From Anaerolineae bacterium (GTDB taxonomy: Bacteria; Chloroflexota; Anaerolineae; S140-20), in contig JALUTT010000156.1 of NCBI GenBank assembly GCA_027021705.1, positions 1 to 23,791 on the forward strand: DNA of 23,791 nt, given 5' to 3'. The position numbers were made by a program, and so were the translations under genes. The notes beneath the pieces are model-generated. The model was not told the DNA's origin and made no database searches. It was given only the letters and a program-made list of their open reading frames with translations. Positions 9,275 to 18,188 of this stretch are shown piece after piece; position 1 is the first letter of the stretch; every line of letters begins with the position of its first letter.

Positions 9275-9898
9275 CAGCTCGTCCGCTCCAGCCACGGCGA
9301 GGGACACGAAGGGCACCAAGAGCTCAAAGAGCACGAAGCGGTGCGAAGGTCTGGACAAGCCCTCTTGGGAGCACCAACCCCCCATCCGTTCCAAATCCGT
9401 TCAATCCGTTCCCCAATCCGTTGACAGCTCGTCCGCTCCGGCCACGGCGAGAGACACGAAGGGCACCAAGAGCTCAAAGAGCACGAAGCGGTGCGAAAGG
9501 CTGGACAAGCCCTCTTGGGAGCACCAACCCCCCATCCGTTCCAAATCCGTTCAATCCGTTCCCCAATCCGTTGACAGCTATCCGTTCTAGGGCGGCATAG
9601 CGGCATAGCGACTGGCGGCCTAGCGGCCTAGCAGCCCAGCAGCGGACTGTGGACCGAGGACTGAGGACTGTGCCTCCTATCCGTTCAATCCGTTCCCCAA
9701 TCCGTTGACAGCTATCCGTTCCCAATCCGTTGACAGCTATCCGTTCTAGGGCGGCATAGCGGCATAGCGACTGGCGGCCTAGCGGCCTAGCAGCCCAGCA
9801 GCGGACTGTGGACCGAGGACTGAGGACTGTGCCTCCTATCCGTTCAATCCGTTCCCCAATCCGTTGACAGCTATCCGTTCCCCAATCCGTTGACAGCT
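9246..9898. repeat. Array of a ~35-bp core ATCCGTTCAATCCGTTCCC(C)AATCCGTTGACAGCT with pairwise-duplicated spacers
   Basis: Cores at 9246, 9395, 9545, 9679 and 9838, plus partial cores at 9714 and 9873. Periods of 150 bp (X,X) and 159 bp (Y,Y). Confidence 0.93.
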
Positions 9899-10122
9899 CG
9901 TCCGTCCGCCAACCAAGCCCTCAGAATCACTGACGCACTGAGGGAAGTGAAGACATTGAGCTTTGGGCAGTGCGGCCCAGGTCGTCGGCAAGGCCGTGAC
10001 CCGATGGCGGGTAGGAGGCGCACAATCCCTCAGTGAGCTCATTTCTTTCAGTTGCTCAGTGATTCAACAGCTTTTGGTCACACTCAATTCAAACGCCCCC
10101 CCGCTGGAGTGTGTGATCCCTC

Positions 10123-13100
10123 TCAAGGGGAAGCCAGGACCTCGACCTCCGGCGGCAGGACCAGGCGGGCGTCGGGAAGGGGGGCCTCCTCGGCCCTGAA
10201 GGCCGGCAGCCGCTCCCCCGTCCGTCCATCGTAGAGCCCCACGGCCAGCCGGTAGCGTCCCGGCGGCACACCCGCTAAGTCCAGCGTCACCGTGTCGCTA
10301 ACCACCTCGCCGGCTGCCCACCACGACGTGGGGTAGCTCCCCCGGCGGGGCAGCGCATCGTCCTGGGCCACGATGGTCTCCGTCGTCGGGTCGAAGAGGT
10401 GGACGAAGACGGTGTAGCTGGCCTCGGGAGCCCGCTCCGCAACCCACCAGAGTTGCAGCGCCAGCCGCTCTCCAGAGGTGCAGCGGACCCGCCCTCCGAC
10501 GGGACCGGCCTGGCACCGAACCCGATAGCCCGCCAGCCGGACCTGGTCGCCGAAGCGGACTTCCAGGCGCGGGACCGAGGCCGGCGGCAGTCCCTCCGGC
10601 GCGAAGCGGCGCGGCGGCGGCTCAAAGGTCACCGGCCCGGTCAGGGGCAGCGTCAGCCCCGCCAGCGTCGCCCGCCCCACCTCCTCCCCCGTCGCCACCC
10701 GGTAGAGGATGACCACCAGCCGGTAGTCCGACCCGGCCGGCACCCCCTCCGGCAGGGGCAGCACCAGCCGGTCGGTGATCCGCTCCCCCGGTCGCCACAG
10801 GCTGGTGGGCAGGAAGCCGTAGCCCGGCTGCGTGTCCCGGGCCACGATGGGCTTCCCCGCCCCGTCGTAGAGGCGGAAGGAGAGGCCGTAGTTGGCCGCC
10901 AGGGGACGGGTCGTGGACCAGACCAGGTCGCAAGTCAGCGGCAGCGGCGTGGGCCGGCAGGTGGCCCGGTGCAGCCGGATGGCGTCGCCCACGCCGGCCA
11001 GGATCCCCGTCTCCACCTCCAGGGGCGGTCCTTTTACCACCCGCACCGGCCGCAGGTAGAGGATGCCCTGCCCCGCCCCTCCCGGCGTCTGGGCGTGCAG
11101 TTCCCCCGCCGGGCCGCTCAGCCGCACCTGGAGCAGGTAGAGGCCCCGGGCCAGGTCGGTGGGCAGCGTCAGCCGGTGCACCTGCTCCCCCGAGCCCTCC
11201 AGCCGACGGACGGAACGGGTCCAGGGGGGCAGGAGGGGGCTGGTGGCGATCTGGAGGTGGGCCGCCGGCGAGACCAGGTTCACCGTCACCGTCAGGGGTC
11301 CGGTCGGCTCCCCTACCGCCCAGCGCAGCGTCACCGTCAGCGGGTCGCCCGGGGTCAGCCGCTCCGTCGAGAGGGTGTATCCCAGCAATCGGGCCGCCCC
11401 CGCGAAGTCCACCCCCCTGGGGTTGTGGTGCAGGTAGGGCATGGCGACGAAGTCCATCGTCAGGTCGGCATCGTCCGCCGGGGGCGGCGGCGGCTCCAAG
11501 AGGATCAGCAACGCCAGGGCCGGGACCAGGAGGGCCAGGGGGATGGCTCCGGGTCCGAGGGTGGGCCGGGCCGGCCTTCCTCTCCCCCTCTTCCTCGTCA
11601 GCAGCTTCCTTCCCACCCCTGCCAGCAAGACCAGGCCGGTCAGCAGGGAGAGGGCTTCGGCGGCGGCCCGTAGGGGTGTCCGGCCCAAGGCCAGCCGCAC
11701 CCGGTGCTCGCCCGGCGGCACCGGCAGGGCCAGGTAGCCGGAGCCCTCGACGGCCTGGGTAGGAACCGGCCTGCCGTCCACCCAGGCCCGCCAGCCGGGC
11801 CAGGCGAGGAGGGGGAAGGCCACCGTCGCCCCCCCCTCGCCGGTCCTCACCCGCCAGCGGCGCTCCGTCGGTCGGTGAACCACCTCCGCCGCCTCCTGAA
11901 GGTCGCCGGCCACGGGGATGGCTCGGGGTGGCACATCCGGCTCGATGAGGGCCTCGGAGACGTAGGGGCGGGGGACGACGGTGCGGGGCAGGTACTCGTA
12001 GCGGATGGTCGTGCCGATGTTGCCGGTGAAGAGCTCGTAGAGCAGCAGCCGCTCCCGGGTCACCTCGTCGGCCCGTATGGGCAGCCGCTCCGGGCGCAGG
12101 GGGAGCAGCACCGCCAGGGTGAGCAGGCCGGCCACCAGCCCGGCCCCGCCCCACCGGACCGCCCCGCGCGGCCGGCGTCCCACGAGGGCCTGGACCCCCC
12201 ACCCCGTCGCGGCGGCGGCGAAGAGGGCCTGGACGGAGAGGAAGCGCCAGGGGAACTGGACCAGGGGCAGCAGCGGCAGGTGGTCCCACAGCGGGCGGGA
12301 GAGGGGGGTGATCATCGCCGTCGCCACCAGCAGGCCCAGGGCCAGGTAGGTGGCCGGGCGAGACCGGCGGCCAAGGGCCTCCCGGCCGAGGAGCAGCCCG
12401 CCCAGCAGGGCGAAGAGCGCCTGGAAGAGCCCCATCGCGAAGGGGGTGCGTCCTTCCAGCGAGGGGGCGATCTCGTAGTCGAAGAGAGGCCGGGGCTGGA
12501 CCAGGTTGAGGGTGCGGAAGTGGCGGCTGTAGTGGAAGTAGCCCACCGTCACCGTCCCCAACTGGCCGTATCCGCTCTCCGCCAAGGCCGGCAGCCAGAA
12601 CCAGGCGGCCAGGAGCAGCCCCACCAGCAGCGCCAGGAGGGCGCGCCGGTGCCCCTGCCAGGAGCGCCAACGGCGGGCGGGGCCGTCGGGCGGCAGGAGG
12701 AGCAGGAAGAGCAGTGCGAAAGGGGTGAAGATGAGGGCCGAGATGTTGTGGGTGAGCAGCAGGCCGGCGTAGGCGAGGGCGGGGAAGAGGAGCCGGCCCC
12801 ACCCCACCCCCCCGGCCGGCGGACGTTCTCCCCGGACGGCCCGGTCCAGCCCCCACAGGATGAGCGGGTAGAAGACGAAGGCGTAGAACTCGGAGAGGGA
12901 GTCGCCCCGCACGTAGACGTTGACCAGGTGGAAGGGGGCCATCGTGTAGGCGACGGCGGTGAGCCAGGGGGCTACCCGACCGGGGAGGAGCCGTCGTGCC
13001 CACCCGTAGGCGGCCAGCGCGGCCAGGAGGAAGCCCAGCGTCTGGGTCAGCTTCAGCGCCGTCAGCAGGTTTAGGCCGGCCAGGACGAAGAGGGCGGCGA

Positions 13101-13359
13101 GGTAGTAGGGGAGTGCGGCGTAGTAGCTGAAGAAGGGGTAGCCCAGCCCGTAGGCGGCGTCGGGCATCCAGCGGACGGGGAAGACGCCGGCCCGCAGGTT
13201 GACCACCATCTGGTGCAGCCGCTGGAGCAGGAAGGGGCTATCCCCCCCGCCCCGCGTGTTGACGATCCCCGGCCCCCACAGGGGGAGTGCCGCCAGCAGG
13301 GCCAGGAGGAGGAGGGTGAGGAGTGGGAGGGAGCGTTGTACGAACCTGGGCATCGGCAA
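10123..13359 (-). CDS. Large GT-C-type membrane protein (PTPS-related/YfhO-like) with repeated C-terminal beta domains
   Basis: FPVRWMPD...GLGYPFFSYY, many TM helices, QFPWRFL, and C-terminal YTVFVHL...GSYPTSWW.AGEVV.D domains. GGAGAGG RBS before TTG 13359; alternative ATG at 13353. Confidence 0.85.
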   Translation of the reverse strand: MPMPRFVQRSLPLLTLLLLALLAALPLWGPGIVNTRGGGDSPFLLQRLHQMVVNLRAGVFPVRWMPDAAYGLGYPFFSYYAALPYYLAALFVLAGLNLLTALKLTQTLGFLLAALAAYGWARRLLPGRVAPWLTAVAYTMAPFHLVNVYVRGDSLSEFYAFVFYPLILWGLDRAVRGERPPAGGVGWGRLLFPALAYAGLLLTHNISALIFTPFALLFLLLLPPDGPARRWRSWQGHRRALLALLVGLLLAAWFWLPALAESGYGQLGTVTVGYFHYSRHFRTLNLVQPRPLFDYEIAPSLEGRTPFAMGLFQALFALLGGLLLGREALGRRSRPATYLALGLLVATAMITPLSRPLWDHLPLLPLVQFPWRFLSVQALFAAAATGWGVQALVGRRPRGAVRWGGAGLVAGLLTLAVLLPLRPERLPIRADEVTRERLLLYELFTGNIGTTIRYEYLPRTVVPRPYVSEALIEPDVPPRAIPVAGDLQEAAEVVHRPTERRWRVRTGEGGATVAFPLLAWPGWRAWVDGRPVPTQAVEGSGYLALPVPPGEHRVRLALGRTPLRAAAEALSLLTGLVLLAGVGRKLLTRKRGRGRPARPTLGPGAIPLALLVPALALLILLEPPPPPADDADLTMDFVAMPYLHHNPRGVDFAGAARLLGYTLSTERLTPGDPLTVTLRWAVGEPTGPLTVTVNLVSPAAHLQIATSPLLPPWTRSVRRLEGSGEQVHRLTLPTDLARGLYLLQVRLSGPAGELHAQTPGGAGQGILYLRPVRVVKGPPLEVETGILAGVGDAIRLHRATCRPTPLPLTCDLVWSTTRPLAANYGLSFRLYDGAGKPIVARDTQPGYGFLPTSLWRPGERITDRLVLPLPEGVPAGSDYRLVVILYRVATGEEVGRATLAGLTLPLTGPVTFEPPPRRFAPEGLPPASVPRLEVRFGDQVRLAGYRVRCQAGPVGGRVRCTSGERLALQLWWVAERAPEASYTVFVHLFDPTTETIVAQDDALPRRGSYPTSWWAAGEVVSDTVTLDLAGVPPGRYRLAVGLYDGRTGERLPAFRAEEAPLPDARLVLPPEVEVLASP

Positions 13360-13373
13360 GGCAAGCCTCTCCG

Positions 13374-15380
13374 CTACGGCACCGGCAGGGTGATGTAGGT
13401 GCCGGCCGGGTTGCCCGCCTCGTCCAGCAGGTCCAGGTATTCCCCCGTCTCCGGGCGGTAGAGGCCGAAGCGGAGCTGGTCACGGCGGGGGTCCGGCAGC
13501 CCCTCCAGCATCACCCAGTGGTCGTCGTTCATCAGGTCGCCGGGCCGCCAGAGGGAGGTGGGGTAGTGGCCGTTGGCGGGCGGGCTGTCCCCCTGGGCGA
13601 TCCGCTCCCCGTCCCGCAGGTAGTGCAGGAAGACGGTGTAGTCTTGGTCCAGAGGCTCCGTGGCCCGCCACCAGAGCCGCACCCGCAGCCGCTCTCCCAC
13701 CTTCGCCGTCTCCAGCCCCACCAGTTCGACGCCGCGCCGGAAGCGGGCGATGGGGGGCAGCGCCTGGGCCTCGGCCGACAGCGGCTCCACCAGGAAGGCC
13801 AGGTAGGTGGTGAAGGGCTCCGGGTCCCGGTCCCCTTGGGAGAGAGGGCCTTCCTCGATGGTGAGCAGGCGGGGGCCGGCGGTGGGGGTCTGGGGCTCCA
13901 AGAGGCGCCAGACCCGTTGCCAGCGCCCGTAGGGCCAGAGGAAGTAGCCCACCGGATCGGTGCCGACGGCGGGCCAGGCCGGCAGGGGCTTGGGAAAGAC
14001 GGCGTCCGACGAAGCGACCAGGAAGGGAACCGAGGGCCAACTGTGCCACAGCACCGGCTCCACGTAGGCACGGCGGTTTCCCTCGGTGCCGTGCAGCAGC
14101 CGCTCCCCGTCCCAACCCACCCCCAGGAAGCGGTTGATCCGCCCCGCCAGCGCCTCGGCCCCGTCCTCGAACCAGTAGGCGGTCATCGGCTGACGGGCGT
14201 AGTCGCCGAAGTAGGCGGAGACGGTGCTGCCCAGGCCGAAGGCCAGGGGCAGGAGCAGGATCGGGAGCCGGTAGGGGCGCAGCGCCGCCACCCCCCGGCT
14301 CAGCCAGTCCAGCCCCAGGGCGGGGAAGAAGGCGACCAGGGGCAGCAGCCCCACCCCCCGCAGGAAGTGGGGGGCGTCCTCGGCCAGGAGGGTGGGCAGG
14401 GCCATCGTTCCCGTCCAGACCAGGAGGAGCAGGGCCGCCGGATCGCGCCGGGCCCGGCCCAGGGCCACGCCCAGTCCGACGAGGAAGGCGGCCCCCAGCA
14501 GCGGGTCGAAGACCGGTCGCCAGGGCACGTTGTGCCGCCAGATGCGGTCCCCCCGGACGAAGAAGAGGCCCAGGGTGCGCAGGGTGTGCCGCCCCAGCGT
14601 GCCCCAGAAGTCACCGCCGTTGATGGTGGGATTGAAGATGGAAACGTCCCCAGGCCGGCCCAGCACCGTCTGGGGATGGGCGAGGGTGTAGAGGCCCAGG
14701 GGCAGCAGGACGACGGCGGTCGCCAGGAGGGCGGGGGGGAGCAGGGTGCGGAGCGTCGTCCGGGCCGCCCTCCGCCGTGCGGGCTCCCCCACCCACCACC
14801 AGAGCAGGGCGAAGAAGAGCAGGGCCAGGAGGGTGAAGCGGGCGGCCAGGTAGGTGTAGAAGCTGAGGCCGTAGACCAGGCCGGCCGCCAGCCCGTAGCG
14901 CCGCCGCCCCGTCCGCAGGGCCAGCGCCCCCAGCCAGAGGGTCAGCGCGGTGAAGAGGGGGAGCAGGACGGCCCGGAAGCCGACGCGGCTCAGATGGACG
15001 TGCCAGAGGGTGATGGCGAGGACCGCGCCGGCGAGGAGGCCCACCCGCTGGGAGAAGAGCCGGCGTCCCAAGGCGATGGTGGCCGCCACCGTCAGCAGCC
15101 CCACGGGGAAGGCGGGCAGCCGGACGGCCAGCGGGCTTCTCCCCACCAGCGGGAGGGTGAGGGCGACCAGGTAGATATAGATGGGCTCCCGACCGTTGTT
15201 GGCCCGGAAGTAGAGGGGGAAGTGGCCCCGCCACACCTCCAGGGCATCCAGGCCGTGGTAGGCCTCGTCGTGGTAGAGGCCCGGCGGGACCTGCCCCAGG
15301 GCGACCAGGCGCAGCGCTGCCGCCACCAGCAGGATGAGCACCCCGACAGCCAGCCACTCGGAGGCCCGGCGTTCCCTCAT
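13374..15380 (-). CDS. ArnT/PMT-like (GT-C) membrane glycosyltransferase
   Basis: LRL...PPGLYHDEAY acidic loop, NGREP, multiple TM helices and a C-terminal YTVFLH...YPTSLWRPGD domain. The start overlaps the mobA stop. Confidence 0.87.
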   Translation of the reverse strand: MRERRASEWLAVGVLILLVAAALRLVALGQVPPGLYHDEAYHGLDALEVWRGHFPLYFRANNGREPIYIYLVALTLPLVGRSPLAVRLPAFPVGLLTVAATIALGRRLFSQRVGLLAGAVLAITLWHVHLSRVGFRAVLLPLFTALTLWLGALALRTGRRRYGLAAGLVYGLSFYTYLAARFTLLALLFFALLWWWVGEPARRRAARTTLRTLLPPALLATAVVLLPLGLYTLAHPQTVLGRPGDVSIFNPTINGGDFWGTLGRHTLRTLGLFFVRGDRIWRHNVPWRPVFDPLLGAAFLVGLGVALGRARRDPAALLLLVWTGTMALPTLLAEDAPHFLRGVGLLPLVAFFPALGLDWLSRGVAALRPYRLPILLLPLAFGLGSTVSAYFGDYARQPMTAYWFEDGAEALAGRINRFLGVGWDGERLLHGTEGNRRAYVEPVLWHSWPSVPFLVASSDAVFPKPLPAWPAVGTDPVGYFLWPYGRWQRVWRLLEPQTPTAGPRLLTIEEGPLSQGDRDPEPFTTYLAFLVEPLSAEAQALPPIARFRRGVELVGLETAKVGERLRVRLWWRATEPLDQDYTVFLHYLRDGERIAQGDSPPANGHYPTSLWRPGDLMNDDHWVMLEGLPDPRRDQLRFGLYRPETGEYLDLLDEAGNPAGTYITLPVP

Positions 15381-15991
15381 CACAGTGACTCCCAGAGCCG
15401 CTGGGCGTTGGTCCATTCCTCGGGGGTGTTGACGTTGATGAAGCTGCGCAACTCGGGGTCCAGCCGCCGGATCTCTTCTTCTTCGACCACGCGCAGGTGG
15501 ATCTGTTCGTAGAAGGTGATCACCCGTTGCGGCCCCTGGGCCAACAGCCGCTCCATCGGTGGGAGGCAGCGGCGGGCGTAGACGGCGTGGAGGGGCTCGA
15601 ACTGGTCTCCCAGGCGAGGGACGACGGCGTCGTGGCCCGGTGCCAGGGAGACCAGATAGCGCAGCAGGGTCGGGTTCAGGAAAGGCATATCGCAGGCGAC
15701 CACCAGCGTCAGCTCCGTCCGGCTGGCCGAGAGGCCGGCGTGGATGCCCCCCAGCGCCCCCCGTCCGGGGTAGATGTCGCTCACCAGCCGGGCGGGGAGC
15801 ACAGCGTAGGGGGCGGGATCATTGGTCACGATGATGATCTCCTGACAGAGACCGGTCAGGGTGGACAACACATGAGCGATTAGGGGGCGTCCACCCAGGA
15901 GGAGCAGGGCCTTGTTGCGACCCATGCGGGAACTCCGCCCACCGGCCAAGATGATGCCGGTCAACGGCACAGGGAGGCCATTAGATTTCAT
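15380..15991 (-). CDS. mobA: Molybdenum cofactor guanylyltransferase
   Basis: ILAGGRSSRMGRNKA, GALGGIHAGL, VACDMPFL, EPLHAVY and FINVNTPEE. Confidence 0.93.
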   Translation of the reverse strand: MKSNGLPVPLTGIILAGGRSSRMGRNKALLLLGGRPLIAHVLSTLTGLCQEIIIVTNDPAPYAVLPARLVSDIYPGRGALGGIHAGLSASRTELTLVVACDMPFLNPTLLRYLVSLAPGHDAVVPRLGDQFEPLHAVYARRCLPPMERLLAQGPQRVITFYEQIHLRVVEEEEIRRLDPELRSFINVNTPEEWTNAQRLWESL

Positions 15992-15999
15992 CGAAAGGG

Positions 16000-16138
16000 A
16001 CCACAGAACGTATCTATCAGCCTACCCTCCCGCAGGTCACCGGCCGAGGGCGCTTTCAGCCCCGATGGGCTATTGGAAGCACAGTTTCGCGTCGGAAACG
16101 CGCCTAACCTGCGGGAGGGTGAACGGTTACCACAGAAC
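16000..16138. repeat. Small element with a 14-bp inverted repeat inside 10-bp direct repeats
   Basis: ACCACAGAAC at 16000 and 16129. ACCCTCCCGCAGGT (16024) / ACCTGCGGGAGGGT (16107). Confidence 0.7.
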
Positions 16139-16276
16139 AAGGCCACCGGCCCCACAGGCGTCGGTGACCTTCGGCGTGAAGCGTGAGAAACGTCAGGCGT
16201 GAAACAGGAAGCGTCAAGGATGAGCTGTTGGGTGTGGCGGGGGGAGGCGGAGGACGCAGCAAGGCGTCCGAACAGC

Positions 16277-16513
16277 CTACCCCATTCGGGCTTCGATGTA
16301 GGCAACCGCCTCGCCCACCGTGGTGATCTGCTGGGCATCTTCGTCAGAGATCTCGCCACCAAACTCCTCTTCAAAGGCCATGATGAGTTCCACCAGGTCC
16401 AAGGAATCGGCTTCCAGGTCCTCGCGGAAGCGGGCCTCGGGCGTGACCTTCTCGGGGTCTACGCCCAGCAGGTCCACAATGATGTCGCGCACGCGCTCGA
16501 AGGTATCTGACAT
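16277..16513 (-). CDS. acpP: Acyl carrier protein
   Basis: 78 aa, acidic, with the [18 protein letters not shown] phosphopantetheine motif. AGGAGGAGGT RBS. Confidence 0.97.
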   Translation of the reverse strand: MSDTFERVRDIIVDLLGVDPEKVTPEARFREDLEADSLDLVELIMAFEEEFGGEISDEDAQQITTVGEAVAYIEARMG

Positions 16514-16575
16514 AGTTTACCTCCTCCTTCTGATCCGTAGAATGGGCCCTCCTTTGGGCGCGATGTAACCGCTGT

Positions 16576-16603
16576 ATTCTACCCGCCGGAGCCAGATTGT
16601 CAA
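16576..16603 (-). promoter_or_regulatory. Putative sigma70 promoter of acpP
   Basis: Minus strand TTGACA-16 nt-TAGAAT. Confidence 0.7.
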
Positions 16604-16606
16604 GCC

Positions 16607-16956
16607 CTGCTGACCCGGTGATTACCCATATCTTTGGAGATAGGGAGACTAGCCGTCCACGAATGGGGCACGAATACACGAATTAAGGACCGCCTCATTC
16701 GTGCATCTGTGAGAAATTCGTGGACGGCCTGCTACGGACCACTCTCTCGCTCACTTGTGGGTAATCACCGCCTGCTGACCGCGGTGATTACCCATATCTC
16801 GGGAATCCGCCCGGCCCGCCCGGACCTTCCAGGTCCGGGCTGAGGGGAGCAAAGCCCTAACGGACTGTCTCGCAGCCCCCGGAGGGGGCTTTCCCCTTCT
16901 CAGCCGGTCGGTTGAGCGCCCGGCGTTGACTTATGGGTAATCACCGGCTGCTGACC
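16607..16956. repeat. Two cassettes with conserved inverted ends, delimited by three CTGCTGACC direct repeats
   Basis: CTGCTGACC at 16607, 16772 and 16948. Left end CGGTGATTACCCATATCT at 16616 and 16782. Right end ACTTRTGGGTAATCACCG ending at 16770 and 16946. Confidence 0.85.
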
Positions 16957-16960
16957 CCGC

Positions 16961-16989
16961 TTGACAGGGGAGCAAGCTGCTGGTAAGAT
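16961..16989 (+). promoter_or_regulatory. Putative sigma70 promoter of fni
   Basis: TTGACA-17 nt-TAAGAT with a TGn extended -10. Confidence 0.75.
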
Positions 16990-17035
16990 TTGAACAGCCT
17001 ATCCCATGCAACACCGGCCCTGGGGAAAAGTTGCG

Positions 17036-18115
17036 ATGCACCACCGACGAAAGGCCGACCACATCCGCATCAACCTGGAAGAGGATGTCTCCTCCTGGCT
17101 CAGCACGGGGCTGGAGCGGCTGCACTTCGTCCACCAGGCGCTCCCGGAACTGGACCTGGATGCCATTGACCTGGGGGTGACCTTGCTGGGCAAGCGGCTG
17201 CGGGCTCCACTGCTCATCTCTTCGATGACCGGCGGCACCGAAGAGGCCCGCCACATCAACCGCCGTCTGGCCGAAGCTGCTCAAGCGGCCGGGATCGCTA
17301 TGGGGCTGGGGTCGGCCCGGGCAGCGCTGGAGGACCCTAGCCTGGCCCCCACCTACCAGGTACGGGACCTGGCCCCCGAGATCCTGCTGCTGGCCAACTT
17401 GGGTGCTGTGCAGCTCAACTACGGCTACACGGTGGACCACTGCCGGCGGGCTGTGGAGATGGTCGAAGCCGACGGCCTGGTCCTGCACCTAAACCCGCTG
17501 CAGGAAGCCCTCCAGCCGGAGGGGGATCGGAACTGGGCCAACCTGCTGACGAAGATCGAGCAGGTCTGCCGAGCGCTGCCGGTCCCTGTCGTGGCTAAGG
17601 AGGTGGGCTGGGGTATTTCGGAGCGGGCGGCTCGCCAACTGGCCGAGGCCGGCGTGGCGGCCATTGACGTGGCCGGTGCCGGGGGGACCTCCTGGAGCCA
17701 GGTGGAGATGCACCGGGCCAGAGACCCCCTTCTGGCCCGGGTGGCCACCCACTTCCGCGACTGGGGTATCCCCACCGCCGAGAGCATCCAAATGGTCCGT
17801 CGGGGAGCACCGGCGCTGCCCATCATCGCCAGCGGGGGGCTGCGGACGGGGGTTGACGTGGCCAAGGCCATCGCCCTGGGGGCCACGGCAGCCGGGATGG
17901 CCGGCCCCTTCCTCCGAGCCGCCGTCCATTCCACCGAGGCGGTGCTAGAACTCATCGAAGAGGTGACCTTGACGCTGCGGGTGGCGATGTTCGGCGTCGG
18001 TGCGGCTGACATCGCATCGCTGCAGGCCACGCCTCTCCAGGAGAGGCCGCCCATCCCTTCTGAGGCCCAGGCCCTCTGGGGGCGGGATGGTTCCCACCAC
18101 GAGGCTGGGAGGTAG
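17036..18115 (+). CDS. fni: Type 2 isopentenyl-diphosphate delta-isomerase (FMN-dependent)
   Basis: [51 protein letters not shown] and [10 protein letters not shown]. Alternative start at 17006. Confidence 0.95.
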   Translation: MHHRRKADHIRINLEEDVSSWLSTGLERLHFVHQALPELDLDAIDLGVTLLGKRLRAPLLISSMTGGTEEARHINRRLAEAAQAAGIAMGLGSARAALEDPSLAPTYQVRDLAPEILLLANLGAVQLNYGYTVDHCRRAVEMVEADGLVLHLNPLQEALQPEGDRNWANLLTKIEQVCRALPVPVVAKEVGWGISERAARQLAEAGVAAIDVAGAGGTSWSQVEMHRARDPLLARVATHFRDWGIPTAESIQMVRRGAPALPIIASGGLRTGVDVAKAIALGATAAGMAGPFLRAAVHSTEAVLELIEEVTLTLRVAMFGVGAADIASLQATPLQERPPIPSEAQALWGRDGSHHEAGR

Positions 18116-18188
18116 CCCATCGTTCCAGCCTCCGAGAGTTTGGAGATGCCGGGTATCACTCCAACGACAAAGACGACGAGGCGCGACA

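Noticed and set aside
9246..9898. Canonical CRISPR array
   Set aside because: Spacers are about 100 nt or longer, duplicated in pairs and built from other repeats.
10399..15512. Long alternative-frame or antisense ORFs (10399-11673, 10622-13003, 11704-13074, 13323-15512)
   Set aside because: Shadow ORFs of high-GC genes with Arg/Gly/Pro-biased composition, overlapping well-supported CDSs.
16174..16218. Degenerate GCGTGAA heptamer run as a separate element
   Set aside because: Short, degenerate and single-armed. Treated as part of the general short-repeat background.
15992..16276. Moco riboswitch upstream of mobA
   Set aside because: I could not recognise the conserved Moco RNA motif elements. 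Needs an Infernal scan.
16931..16941. dif/XerD site (TTATGGGTAAT resembles TTATGTTAAAT)
   Set aside because: No XerC-like arm at 6-bp spacing; the similarity may be chance.
18000..18188. N-terminal extension of the polyprenyl synthase
   Set aside because: Overlaps fni and is Arg/Pro-rich. ATG 18189 follows GAGG and gives a typical length.
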